Made by a program: the position numbers and the translations under genes. From the human T2T-CHM13v2.0 reference genome, Homo sapiens: 64,000 nt of DNA. The notes beneath the pieces were generated by a model. It was not told the DNA's origin, made no database searches, and saw only the letters and a program-made list of their open reading frames with translations. The stretch lies in NCBI RefSeq assembly GCF_009914755.1, contig NC_060947.1; one strand, written 5' to 3'. Each line of letters starts with the position of its first letter. The stretch's first letter is position 1. Below, piece by piece: positions 13,524 through 27,245 of this stretch.

Positions 13524-14232
13524 GGGCAGGCATGGCGGTTCATGCTTTTGATTTCAGTACTTTAGAAGGCCAAGGCAGGAGGATTACTTGAGGCCTGGAG
13601 TTTGAGAACAGCCTGGGAAACATAGTGAGACTCCATCTACTAAAAATTAAAAAAAAAGAAATCAGCCAGGAGCGCTGGTTAATATTGAATGTCAGCTTGA
13701 TTGGATTGAAGGATGCAAAGTATTGTTCCTGGGTGTGTCTTTTAAAGTGTTGCCAAAGGAGATTAACATTTGAGTGAGTGGACTGGCAGAGGCAGACCCA
13801 CCACCCACCCTCAATTTAGGTGGGCACAATCTAATCTGCTGCCAGTGTGGCCAGAATAAAAGCAGGCAGAAGAATCTGTGAAGGTTAGATTGGTTTAGTT
13901 TTCTGGCCTACATCCTTGCTCCTCTGCTTTAAGATGGCCTACTGTGGGAACTCATCTTGTGATTGTGTGAGTCAATACTCCTGAATAAACTCCCCTTCGT
14001 ATATACATCTATCCTTTTAGTTCTGTTCCTCTAGAGAACCCTGACTAATATACCGGACATGGTGGCATGTGCCTATGGTCCCAGCTACTTGGGAGGTTGA
14101 GGGCTAAGGCAGGAGGATTGCTTGTGCCCAGTAGGATGAGGCTGCAGTGGGCCGTGATTATGTTGCTGCATTCCAGCCTGGGTGACAGAGTGAGACCTTG
14201 TCTAAATAAATGAATGAATGAATGAATGAATG
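13524..14232 (+). mobile_element. AluJ split by MLT2A (left arm 13524-13670, right arm 14053-14232), with a (TGAA)n tail
   Basis: AluJ-type GGAGGATTACTTGAGGCC and GGAGGATTGCTTG. TSD AAGGATAGACACATA / AAGCATAGACGTATA. Confidence 0.85.
13671..14052 (+). mobile_element. MLT2A1-like (HERV-L) solo LTR, internally deleted
   Basis: TGGTTAATATTGAATGTCAGCTTGATTGGATTGAAGGATGCAAAGTATTG ... CTAGAGAACCCTGACTAATA. Degenerate 5-bp TSD CCAGG / CCGGA. Confidence 0.85.
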
Positions 14233-14670
14233 AAGCATAGACGTATAGACCAATGGAATAGAACTTAGGGTCCAGAAATAAGTTTACACACACATGGTCA
14301 ATTTTTGGCAAGGGTACCAAGATCATTCAATAGAAAAAAAATAGTCCTTTCAACAATAGTGCTGTATATCCACATGCAAAAGTAGGCAGTTGAACAATAC
14401 CCAATACTATATACAAAAATTAACTCAAAATGTGTATCAGAACTAAACTAAAAAGCTCAAAGTATAAAAATCTTAGGAAAAAATATTGGCAAATCTTTAT
14501 GATGTTAGATTTGACAATTCTTAAACATGACAATACAAACACAATTCATGAAAGAATAATGTAGTTAAATCAGACCTCAACAAAAATTTCAAAAATAGAT
14601 TAAAGGACACTACCAAGAAAATGGAAAGTCAATCTAAAAATTGAGAGAAAACATGTGCTAATCATACATC

Positions 14671-14978
14671 AGCTAACAGAAAGCAGTCTCAATCGAGACC
14701 CCAAAAGAGGGTTCTTGGGTCTTGTGCAAGAAAGAATTCAGGGTGAGTTCATAAAGTGAAAGCAAGTTTATTAAGACAGTAAAGAAATTAAAAAAATGGC
14801 TACTCCATAGACAGAGCAGACATGAGGGCTGCTGATTGCCTATTTTTATGGTTATTTCTTGATTATATGCTAAACAAGGGGTGGATTATTCACACCTACC
14901 CTTTTTAGACCACATAGGATAACTTCCTGACATTGCCACGGCCTTTGTAAAGTGTCATTGTGCTGGTGGGAATGTCCC
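14671..14978 (-). mobile_element. MER41-family (ERV1) LTR, 3' half only
   Basis: GACCCCAAAAGAGGGTTCTTGG..GCAAGAAAGAATTCAGGG, TGGCTACTCCATAGACAGAGCAG, TATGCTAAACAAGGGGTGGATTATTC. Confidence 0.7.
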
Positions 14979-14979
14979 A

Positions 14980-17900
14980 GTAAACAAAAGAAACCAAACC
15001 CAAACCCAGTAGAAGAAAAGAAATAACCAAGACCAGGGCAGAGCTAAAAGAAATTAAAACAAAAAAAAACAATACAAAAGATAAATAAAACCAAAAGGTG
15101 ATTCTTTGAAAAATAATCAAAATTGATATACCGTTAGCAAGATTAACCAAGAAAAGAAGAGAGAAGATCCAAATAAGCTCAATTAGAATCAAAATGGGAG
15201 ATGTTACAACTGACACCAAAGCAACACAAAAGATCATTCAAGGCTATTGTGCTATAAGTGTATGCACATGAACTAGAAAACCTAAAAAGATGGATAAATT
15301 CCTGGAAATACACTACCCTCCTAGCTTAAAGCAGGAAGAATTAGAAACCCTGAACGGACCAATAACAAGCAGCAAGATTGAGATGGTTATTTTAAAAATT
15401 ACCAACAAAAAAAAATTCAGGACCAGACAGATTCACAGCAGAATTTTATCAGACATTCAAAGAATTGGTACCAATACTATTGACACTATTTCACAAGATA
15501 AAGAAAGAGAGAATTGTTCCTAAATCATTCTGCGAAGCCAGTATCACCCTAACACCCAAATCAGAAAAAGACATAACAAAAAATGAAAACTACAGAAAAA
15601 TATCCCTGATGAACATAGATGCAAAAGTCTTTGACAAAATACTAGCTGACTAAATACAACAGAATATAAAAAAAAAAATCCACCATGATCAAGTAGGTTT
15701 CATACCAGGGACTCAGAGACAGTTAAACCTATACAAGTCAATACATGTGATACACCACATACAGAATTAAAAATACATGATCATCTCAGTAGATGCAGAA
15801 AAAGCATTAAAAAAAATCTAGCATCCCTTTACAATCAAAACCCTCAGCAAAATCAACACATAAGGGACATACCTCAATGTAAGAAAAGCTATCTATGACA
15901 AACCCACAACAACATAATACTGAATAAGGAAAGTTGAAAGCATTCCCTCTGAGTACTGGAATAAGACAAGGAGGCCCATTTTCACCACTTCTATTCAACA
16001 TAGTACTGGAAGTCCTAGCCAGATAAATCAGACAAGAGAAGGAATTAAAGAGCATCCAAATCAGTAAACAAGATGTGAACCTGTCACTGTTTGCTGACGA
16101 TATAATCATTTAGATAGAAAACCCAACAGACTCCTCCAAAAAGCCCCTAGAGCTGATAAATGAATTCAGCAAAGTTTTAGTATACAAAATTAAGTACACA
16201 AATTAATAGCTCTGCTATACACAAAAAGTGACCAAGCTGAGAATGAAATCAAGAACTTAAAATAACTGCAAAACAACAACAACAACAACTTAGGCATATA
16301 CCTAACCAAGGAGGTGAAAGATCTCTACAAGGAAGACTACAAAACACTGGTGAAAGAAATCATAGACAACACAAACAAATGGAAACACATCCCATGCTCA
16401 TGAATGGGTATAATCAATATTGTGAAAATGACCATACTGCCAAAAGCAATCTACAAATTCAATGCAATTCCCATCAAAATACCACCATCATTCTTCACAG
16501 AAGTAGAAAAAAAAATCCTAAAATTCACATGGAACCAAAAAAGGATCCACATAGCCAAAGCAAGACTAAGCAAAAAGAACAAATCTGGATGCATCACATT
16601 ATCTAACTTCAAACTATACTGTAAGACCACAGTCACCAAAACAGCATGGTACTGGTATAAAAATAAGCACATAGACCAATAAAACAGAATAGAGAATCCA
16701 GAAATAAACCAAATACTTACGGCCAACTGATTTTCAACAGAGCAAACAAAAACATGAAGTAGGGAAAAGACACTCTATTCAGCAAATAGTGCTGGGATAA
16801 TTAGCAAGCCACATATAGGAGAATAAAAGTGGATCTTTTTCTCTCCCCTTATACAAAAATCAACACAATATGGATTAATGACTTAAATCTAACATGTGAA
16901 ACTATAAAAATTCTAGACGATAACATTGGAAAAACCCTTCTAGATTTTGGCTTAGGCAAAGACTTCATGAGCAAGAACCCAAAAGCAAATGCAACGAAAC
17001 CAGAGATAAATAAGTGGGACTTCATTAAGAGCCTGTGCACAACAAAAGGAACTGTAGGCAGTATAAACAGACAACCCACAGAGTGGGAAAATATCCTCAC
17101 AATATAGACATCTGACAAAGGATTAATATCCAGAATCTACAAGGAACTGACACAAATCAGCAAGAAAAAAAGAATCCCATCAAAATGTGGGCTAAGGACA
17201 TGAATAGACAATTCTCAAAATAAGATATACAAATGACCAGTGAAGATATGAAAAAATGCTCCACATCACTAATAATCAGGGAAATGCAAATCAAAAACAC
17301 AATGTGATAACACCTTACTCCTACAAGAATGGCCATAATTAAAAAAACAAAAGGGAGGGAGAATTATAGATGTTGGCATGGATGTGGTGAAAGGGAACAC
17401 CTTTACACTGTTGGTGGGAATGTAAACTCGTACAACCACCATGGAAAACAGCGTGGAGATTCCTTAAATAACTAAAAATAGATGTACCATTTAATATAGT
17501 GATCCCACTACTGGGTATCTACCCAGAGGAAAAGAAAGTCATTATACGAAAAAGATACTTGGACACGTATGTGTATAGCAGCACAATTTGCAATTGTGAA
17601 AATATGGAACCAGTCCAAATGTCCATCAATCAATGAGTGGATAAAAAATTGTGAGATATATATATATATACTATTTAGCCATACAAAGGAAGGAATTAAT
17701 GGCATTTGCAGAAACCTGGATGGAACTAGAGACTATTATTCTAAGTAAAGTAACTCAGGAACGGAAAACCACACATTGTGTGTTGTCACTCATAAGTGGG
17801 AGCTAAGCTATGAGAATGCAAAGGCATAAGAATGATACAATGGACTTTGGGAACTTGGGGAAAAGAATGGGAGGTGGGTGAGGGATAAAATACTACAAAT

Positions 17901-18030
17901 TCGGTTCACTGTATACTACTTGGGTAATGAGTGCACCAAAATCTGACAAATCACCACTAAAGAACTTACTGATGTAACCAAATACCACCTGATCTCCAAA
18001 AACCTATGGAAATAAACATTTTGAAAAAAG
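14980..18030 (+). mobile_element. L1PB1/2-like LINE-1, 5' part missing
   Basis: ORF2 peptides [15 protein letters not shown] (TTTGCTGACGAT about 16090) and [16 protein letters not shown]1PB 3' end CACCACTAAAGAACTTACT..GTAACCAAATACCACC..CCTATGGAAATAAA. Confidence 0.9.
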
Positions 18031-18649
18031 AATCTAATTTTATATCATTTACTTTCCTTCCCCCCCCAAAAAAAGGAAAAAGAAAATTCAACATTCTTAA
18101 AGAAAAGAAATTCCATCCCAAAATTTTGTATTTGGCCAAACTAAGCTTCATAAGTGAAGGAAAAATAAGATCTTTTTCATACAAGCAAATACTGAGGAAA
18201 TTTGTTACCATTAGACATGCTTTAAAAGAGCTCCTCAAAAAAGCACTAAATGTGGAAAGAAAAGACCTTTGCCAGCCATTGCAAAAACACACTGAAGTAC
18301 ACAAACCAGTGACAATATAAAGAAACCACTTAAAGAAGTTTGCAAAATAACCAGCTAACATCATGGTGACACAATCAAATCCGCACATATCAATACTAAC
18401 CTTAAAAATAAATAGGTTAAATGCCCCTATTAGAAGGCACAGTGTGAGAAGCTGGATAAAAAAGCAAGACCCAATTACATGCTCTCTTCAAAACACCCAT
18501 CTCAAAAGCAATAACACTCATAGGCTCAAAATAAAGGAATGGAGGAAAATCTACCAAGCGAAAGGAAAACAGAAACAAAACGAAACAAAACAAAAAAACA
18601 AGGGTTGCAATCCTAGTTTCTTACAAAGCAGAATTTAAACCCACAAAGA

Positions 18650-18737
18650 AAATTTCACAAATCACCACTGAATAACTTACTCATGTAACCAAACACCACT
18701 TGTTTCCCCATAACCTATGGAAATAAATGTTTTAAAA
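18650..18737 (+). mobile_element. About 85-bp L1PB 3'-terminal fragment inserted in the EN region of another L1
   Basis: TCACAAATCACCACTGAATAACTTACTCATGTAACCAAACACCAC..AACCTATGGAAATAAA matches the L1PB ends at 17943-18016 and 31390-31460. Confidence 0.85.
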
Positions 18738-20282
18738 GATAAAAAGGGCATCCCATAATGGTAAAAGTTTCAATTTAACAAGAATATCTAACTATTTTAA
18801 GTATATATGCACCCAACACAGGAGCACCCAGATTTATAAAGCAAGCTCTTAGAGACCTTCAAAGAGACATAGACTCCCACAAAATTGTAGTGGGAGACTT
18901 TAATACCCTAGTGACAATATTAAACATATCATCAAGACAGAAAATTAACAAAGATATTCAGGACCAGAACTCAGCTCTGGATCAAGAAGCCCTGATACAC
19001 ATCTACGGAACTGTCCAGCCCAAAACAACAGAATATACACTCTGTTCATCACCAAATGGCACTTAGTGTAAAATTGATCACCCCTCAGCATATGCAAAAG
19101 ACCTGAAATCACAACAGTTTCTCAGACCAAAATGCAATCAAATTAGAAATCCAGACTAACAGATTCACTCAAAACCACATAATTACATTGCAATTGAATA
19201 GTCTGCTCCTGAATGACTTTTGGGTAAATAATGAAATTAAGGCAGAAATCAAGAAGTTCACTGAAACTAATAAGAACAAAGATATAACACACATGTGCAA
19301 CATCACTAGCATTACTAAACACCAACAACAGTCAAGCCAAGAGCCAAATCAGGAATAAACTTTCTTTTACAATTGCCACAAAAAGAATAAAATACTGAGA
19401 AGTACAGATAACTTGGGAGGTGAAAGATCTCTACAAGGAGAACTACAAAACACTGCTCAAATAAATCAGAAACGACACAAATAAATGGAAAATCATCTCA
19501 TGCTCATGGATAGGAAGAATCAATATTCTTAAAATGGCATACTGCCCAAAGGAACTTACAGATTCAATGCTATTGCTATTAAACTACCACTGAGATTCTT
19601 TACAGAACTAGAAAAAGTATTCTGAAATTCATATGGAACCAAAAAATAGTCTGAATAGCCAAGATAATCTTACACAAAAAGAACAAAGCTAGAGGCATCA
19701 TGTTACCCAACTTCAAACTGTAGTACAGGGCTACGACTAACCAAAACAGCATGATACTGGCACAAAAGCAGACACATAGACCAATGGAACAGAAATAAAA
19801 ATAAAAACAAAATAAGGCTACACACCTACAACCATTTTATCTTCAACAAACTTGACAAAAACAACAATGAGAAAAGGACTCTGTCTTCATTAAATGGTGC
19901 TGAAATAACTGGCTAGCCATATGCAGAAGATTGAAAATTGAAACCTCTTCCCTACACCATATAAAAAGTTAACTCTAGATGGATTAGACATATGTAAAAC
20001 CCAAAACTATAAAAGCCCTGGAAGACAACCTAGGCAATATCATTCAGGACCTAGGAACAGGCAAAGAATTCATGATGATGCCATAAGCAATTGCAACAAA
20101 ATCAAAAATTGTCAAATGGGAATTAACTAAACTAAAGAGTTTCTGCTCAGAAAAAAAAAAAAAAAATCAACAGAGTAAAGAGACAGCCTGCAGAATGGGA
20201 GAAAATTTTTGCAAACTATGCATCTGACACAGATCTAACATCCAGCATCTGTAAGGATCTTCAACAAATTTTAAAGAAAATG

Positions 20283-20639
<357 letters not shown>

Positions 20640-21410
20640 TCACATGAAAAGAAGCTCAACATCACTAATTATTAGAGAAATTTAAATCAAAACCTAAATA
20701 AGATACCATCTCACACTAGTCAGAATGGCTATTATAATAATAAAAAGTCAAAAACTAACAGATGGTGCTGAGGTTGTGGAGAAAAGGGACACTTATACAC
20801 TGTTGGTGCAGTATAACTTACTTAACCATTGTGGAATACGGTGTGGCAATTCCTCAAAAACCTGAAGACAGAAATATCATTCGACCCAGCAATTCCAGTA
20901 CTGGGTGTATGCCCAAAGGAATATACGTTGTTCTGTTATAAAGACATGTGCATGTGTATGTTCATTGCAGCACTATTCACAGCAGTGAAGACAGGGAACC
21001 AACCTATATGCCCATCAGTAATAGACTAGATTAAAAAAATGTGGTACATATACACCATTGAATTCAGTGCAACCGTCAAAAAGAACGAGATCATTTTCTT
21101 GGCAGGGACATGGAAGGAGCTGGAGGCCATTATCTTTAGAAAACTAACACAGGAACAGAAAACCAAATATTGCATGTTTTCACTTATAAGTGTGAGGTAA
21201 ATGATGAGAACACATGGACGCATAGAGGGGAACCACATACACTGGGGCCTTTTGGAGAATAGAGGATAGGAGGAAGGAGAGGATCAGGAAAAATAACTAT
21301 TGTGTGCTAGGCTTAATACCTTGGTGATTAAATAATCTTTACAACAATCCCCCCATGACACAGGTTTGCCTATGTAACAAACCAGTGCATGTACCCCTCA
21401 ACTTAAAATA

Positions 21411-21711
<301 letters not shown>

Positions 21712-24700
21712 TAAAATAAACGTTAAAAAAAAAAAAAAAAGGAAACAAAAAAACCACCTTGTTAGCTGCATGATAAAGCAAGCTGAAACTGAATTTACAA
21801 GAGCAGTGCAAGCCTCAAAGATAGATGTAGTTAATAAATAATTATTCATATTATGATTCACAAAATCCACCCATGTTTGTCTGTATGCAGCAGCACAGAG
21901 AAAATCTACAGCTACTAATTCAGTATTTAATTTTATCTTTCTGCCTAGGGTATATTATTACAAAAATAAAGCTTTTACTGAAAATAAGAAGGGTTCTATA
22001 ATTATTTTTAACTATGAATTCTTTCATAAGATTTATTTCCTCTCACACATGAATGATATGTCAGGCAACATGAAAGTACTGAAATAGAGACTATAATATG
22101 GTAGAATGGGGTAAGTGAATGGACAAAGTGGATGAAAAACAAAGGAAGACTAGGGCCTTAATAATATATTTCCCATGTTTTAATGATTTTGTTTCCAGTT
22201 CTGTTCAGAAAGTATGCCCAAATATCATCATATAAATTATTGTGCCCATTTCATTTTGACATAGATGTACAACAAAGTCATTTAAAATATAAATCATTGT
22301 AAGGTGGCTGAAAACACATTGCCAATCATTAAGACAATTCTTAGTTGAGTGGTGTTTCATATCTATGTTCTATTTCACCTGCCCCCTACCCCTTGAAACA
22401 CACATCCAGCAAATATTTTCTGAGTCCTGCTTCCCACATGCTGAATTTACTACTGTGATGGACTAAACTAATCCCTTAAAATACATCATTCCTTATTCTT
22501 TTTCTTCCTTATTCACATCTTAGATATTTTTGAAGTTCAGGTATGTCTGAATTTTCTTTGAGGCAGCCAAAGTTCATTCTACAGAATTAAGTACTCTCTT
22601 GCATCATACTGCAAACTTCACTTGTGATAGTCCTCTCAATCCTCCCATGGTTCACATATATGTGGTTAAGAAGTATATGTTCTGTTGCTGTTATCCTCCA
22701 TAACTATGGCAATCTGGATTTCTGAAAAGCATATGAATTTCAAATATCCTATCTCATTTGCTTTATGGATATATTCATATTTATCTTTTTATATGTTCCA
22801 ATTAGAAGTTTGGAAAATATGGTTATCATGCTGATAGTACTCTTGAGTGTCAAAGGATAATGACTTTCTGCCTCTTAATGTATGAACTCAAATAGCCACC
22901 AGTTCTAAATAGTCTTCTCTTTTTTCCTCGTGAAATTTATTTTTACCACAAATATGTCATCTCTTATAGGCTCATCCCATTCCATTATTTTTTATGATTT
23001 TATTTTCCCTGACTCAATTTCTGATGCTTTCCTTCTCCCTAAGATTTTCAACTGTGTCTTTTAAATATTAACAAACTTTAGGACATCTTCAACCTATCAC
23101 AGAATGTTTAATCATTCTTAAAAGAAGATTTTCACTCAAGAATGCCATATCTCCCCACCCCATTCCTCTTGATAGATCTTGCCTATTTGTCCATTTCTCA
23201 CATACAATAGAACAGTGTGAGTGTAGTTATGATGGCAAGGAAGGAGGTTATAGAAGTGTCAATTGGTTTTCTCTCTAATACAGCTTTTCAACCACCACTC
23301 TTTCACCATCTTGACATAAAAATATTTTTGAAGTCTGTTGAACAGAACCAATTACTACATGTATATTATACGCTAAATTTAAAAACGCACTTTTGACTGA
23401 CTCCAAAAGTCAAAGTTTTTAACCAGAGTTTCAATCATAATAATTAATAGGAAAGGTAACTTGAGTTTCTACTTAAACTGAAACCCTTAAAACTCCTACA
23501 TGGTCTATGAAGAGGTTAAATTAACTTATTAAAATGTGATTATTAATATAAATCAAGTAGTTATATCTCTATGGTAGAAAATGAGTTTAATATTTAGTTT
23601 TTCACCTAAATATCAGAAGTATCTGTATTTTTAAGGTGACTGTAGTGTCCTAAATTAGGATTTATGCAATTAAGAACAATTTAGAAAGATGGTTAAGTAT
23701 ATAATAACAGAACTCACTTTTCATGTCAGTTTGCAAAGTTCAAAGGAACAGTTTATTTAAAAAGAAATACTGTATTTTCATAAAAATTACATAATGACCA
23801 TTTCATTGATATTTAACAGATGAGGCAAAATTATATTAATATATTTTAAAAACTAATTCTATTTAAATAGTTATGTTTTAATAAATGAATAAGCACTACC
23901 CATATCCCTGAAAAATTTGATCCAAATATGTATAATTTTAAATGTCCTAGAAATGTGTCTCATTATCTCTTTGCAATCCTCCTTAAAGATATCTTCTATT
24001 AGAAATTGTCACTTCATAAGGAAAAAAATGTCCCTTACATCCTCTTGAATTTTGTAAAACTTTTCTTTAATCTCTGCCCTAGGTTAGTCTCACCCAGCAG
24101 CACTCAGTCCTAAAGAATAATGTGCAAGCAGTTTGTTAAGAAAGTGATCCCATCAAGGCAGACAGGAGGCAGGAAGAGATTGCAGCTCTCATTTAGATGG
24201 ACAGAACAGTGTATGGAGGATTGCATTATGAATTTTAATTCCAGAACGACTACAGGAATAAACCAGGTTGCCCAAGAGGATCAACAACCCCTCTGAAAGA
24301 AGGGGATTGCTCCTTCAGAACCCAGGCGACACACCAAATAATGTCAGTGCCCAAACTGCAGAAGTGGGAAAGTGAGATCTTCCACCCCCAAACACAAACC
24401 CCCACTGGAGAAAATGAAGGTCTAGATTATGAAAGAAGATTCGGACATTACCTGGAGCTGAGTCAATTTAGAGAGCTGAGCAAAATACGAAGGTAGAGGA
24501 AGCAGTGGGAAAAGCCCTGTGAGTTTGCTGGGTCCCCAAGCAGGCCGTTTTTGCCTGGCTTCACAAGAATCCTTCGGGAGGGCAGCCAGAGGTGCTGGGA
24601 AAAGCCACAGGGAGAAGGACATCTCCAGCTGAACTTTGTAACAATTTAAATTGATTGAGAAACCTCCTGGCCAGAACTCAGGGAGGGAGTGAATCCAGTG

Positions 24701-26610
24701 TGCAGAATCCACAGGCAGAAGAAGAAAATCCATACTTGCTTTTCCAGGTGGGAGACAGGTAGTCTGGGGCAAGTTCTCAACTCTGCTTGCCCACTGCCTG
24801 GAAACAGATTCAGTGCTATTTTATTTGGGGTGGGGGGCAGCACGGTGGGAGTGAGACCGGCCCTTCAGATTGCATGGAAGCTGGGTAAAGCCTGTGACTG
24901 CTGGCTTTCCCTCACTTCCCTGACAACCTACACGACACAATAGAGACAGCCACAGTCCTCCTAGGATTATAACTTTATTGACCTCGAACCTCAGCCTGAT
25001 CCCCACATTAGCTGCTGCAAGACTCACCCAAGGAGCATCTGAGCTCAGTCATGCCTAGCTGTGTCCCCACCTAACAGTCCTTCCTTACCCACCCTGATAA
25101 CTGAAGACAAAGGGCATATATATACACTGGACAGTTCTGGGGCCCCACCCATCACCTATTTCTCTCCATACTACTGTAGCTGATGCTCTCTGGAAAGGGC
25201 TACCTCCCAGCAGGAGGTAAACCAACACAAAAATAGTGCATTAAACCACCAAAGCTAAGAACTTTCACAGAGTCCATTTCACCCCTCTGCAATCTCCACC
25301 GGAAGAGGTGCTGGTATTCATGGCTGAGAGACCCACAGATGATTCAGATCACAGGACTCAGTGCAGACAACCCCCAGTACCAGCCCAGAGCCTGGTAGAC
25401 TTGCTGGGTGGCTAGATCCAGAAGAGACGTAACAATCACTGCAGCTCAGCTCTCAGGAAGCCACATCCATAGGAAAAGGGAGGGGGATGCTACATCAAGG
25501 GAATACCCCATGGGACAAGAGAATACGAACAACAGCCTTCAGTCCTAGACCTTCTCTCTGACAGAGCCTACTCAAATCAGAAGAAACCAGAAAACTAACT
25601 CTGGTAATAGGACAAAACAAGACTCTTTAACACACCCCCCAAAATCACACTAGCTCACCAGTGATGAATCAAAACAAAGAAGAAATCTCTGATTTATCTG
25701 AAAAGGAATTGAAGATGTTAGTTATTAAGCCAATCAGGGAGGCACCAGAGAAAGGCCAAGCCCAATGTAAGGAAATCAAGAAAATGATACAAGAAATGAA
25801 GGGAGAAATATTCAATGAAATAGATAACATAAATAAAAAGCAATCAAACCTTCAGGAAACAATGGACACTTATAGAAATGCAGAATTATCTGGAAAATCT
25901 TAGCAATAGAATTGAACAAGTACAAGAAACAATTTCAGAGCTCAAAGACAAGGTCTTTGAATTAACCCAATCTAACAAAGACAAAGAAAAAAGAATAAGA
26001 AAATATGAACAAAGCCTCTAAGAAGTCTGAGATTATGTTAAATGACCAAACCTAAGAATAATCAATCCTGAGAAAAAAGAGAAATCTAGAAGCCTGGAAA
26101 AATACTTGGGGGAATAATCAAGGAAAAATTATCTGGCCTTGCTAGAGACTTAGACATCAAAATACAAGAAGCACAAAAAATACCTGGAAAATTCATCACA
26201 CAAAAAAATTATTTCCTAGGCACATTGTCTTCAGGTTATCTAAAGTTAAGATGAAGGAAAGATTTTTAAGAGCTGTGAGGCAAAAGCACCAGGTAACCAA
26301 TAAAGAAATACCTATCAGATTAACAGTAGATTTGTCAGCACAAACGCTACAAGCTAGAAGGAATTAGGGTCCAATCTTCAGCCTCCTCAAGCAAAACAAT
26401 TATCTGCCAAGAATTTTGTATCCAGTGAAACTAAGCTTCATATATGAAATAAAGATACAGTCTTTTTCAGACAAAAAAAAAATGCTGAGAGAATTCACCA
26501 CTGCCAAGGCACTACTACAAGGACTGCTAAAAGGAGCTCTAAATCTTGAAACAAATCCTGGAAACACATCAAAGCAGAACCTCTTTAAAGCATAAATCTC
26601 ACAGGACCTA

Positions 26611-26944
<334 letters not shown>

Positions 26945-27100
26945 AAAAACAAAAACAAAAAACCAAGGTACACAGTAAAAAAAGATAACACAATGAATGG
27001 AATGGTGCCTCACATCTCAATCATAACATTGAATGTAAATGGCCTAAATGCTCCACTTAAAAGATACAAAACTGCAGAATGAATAAGAATTCACCAACCA

Positions 27101-27245
27101 GCCAGGTGCGGCAGCTCACTCCCATAATCCTAGCACTTTGGGAGGCCAAGACGGGCAGGTTGCCTGAGCTCAGAAGTTTGAGACCAGCCTGGGCAACATA
27201 GTGAAACTCCATCTCTACTAAAATACAAAAAAAAAAAAAAAAAAA
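27101..27245 (+). mobile_element. Alu left monomer only, with poly(A) and a perfect 16-bp TSD
   Basis: Ends CTCTACTAAAATAC followed by an A run. AAGAATTCACCAACCA at 27085-27100 and 27246-27261. Confidence 0.9.

Larger units (their letters stand above)
13393..14670 (+). mobile_element. L1M (L1MB-like) ORF2 fragment hosting an Alu and an MLT2A LTR
   Basis: ATAGCCAAAACAATCTTGAAAAAG, CCTGATTTCAAAATTTACTACAAAGC, ATAGACCAATGGAATAGAA are collinear across the inserts. Confidence 0.75.
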
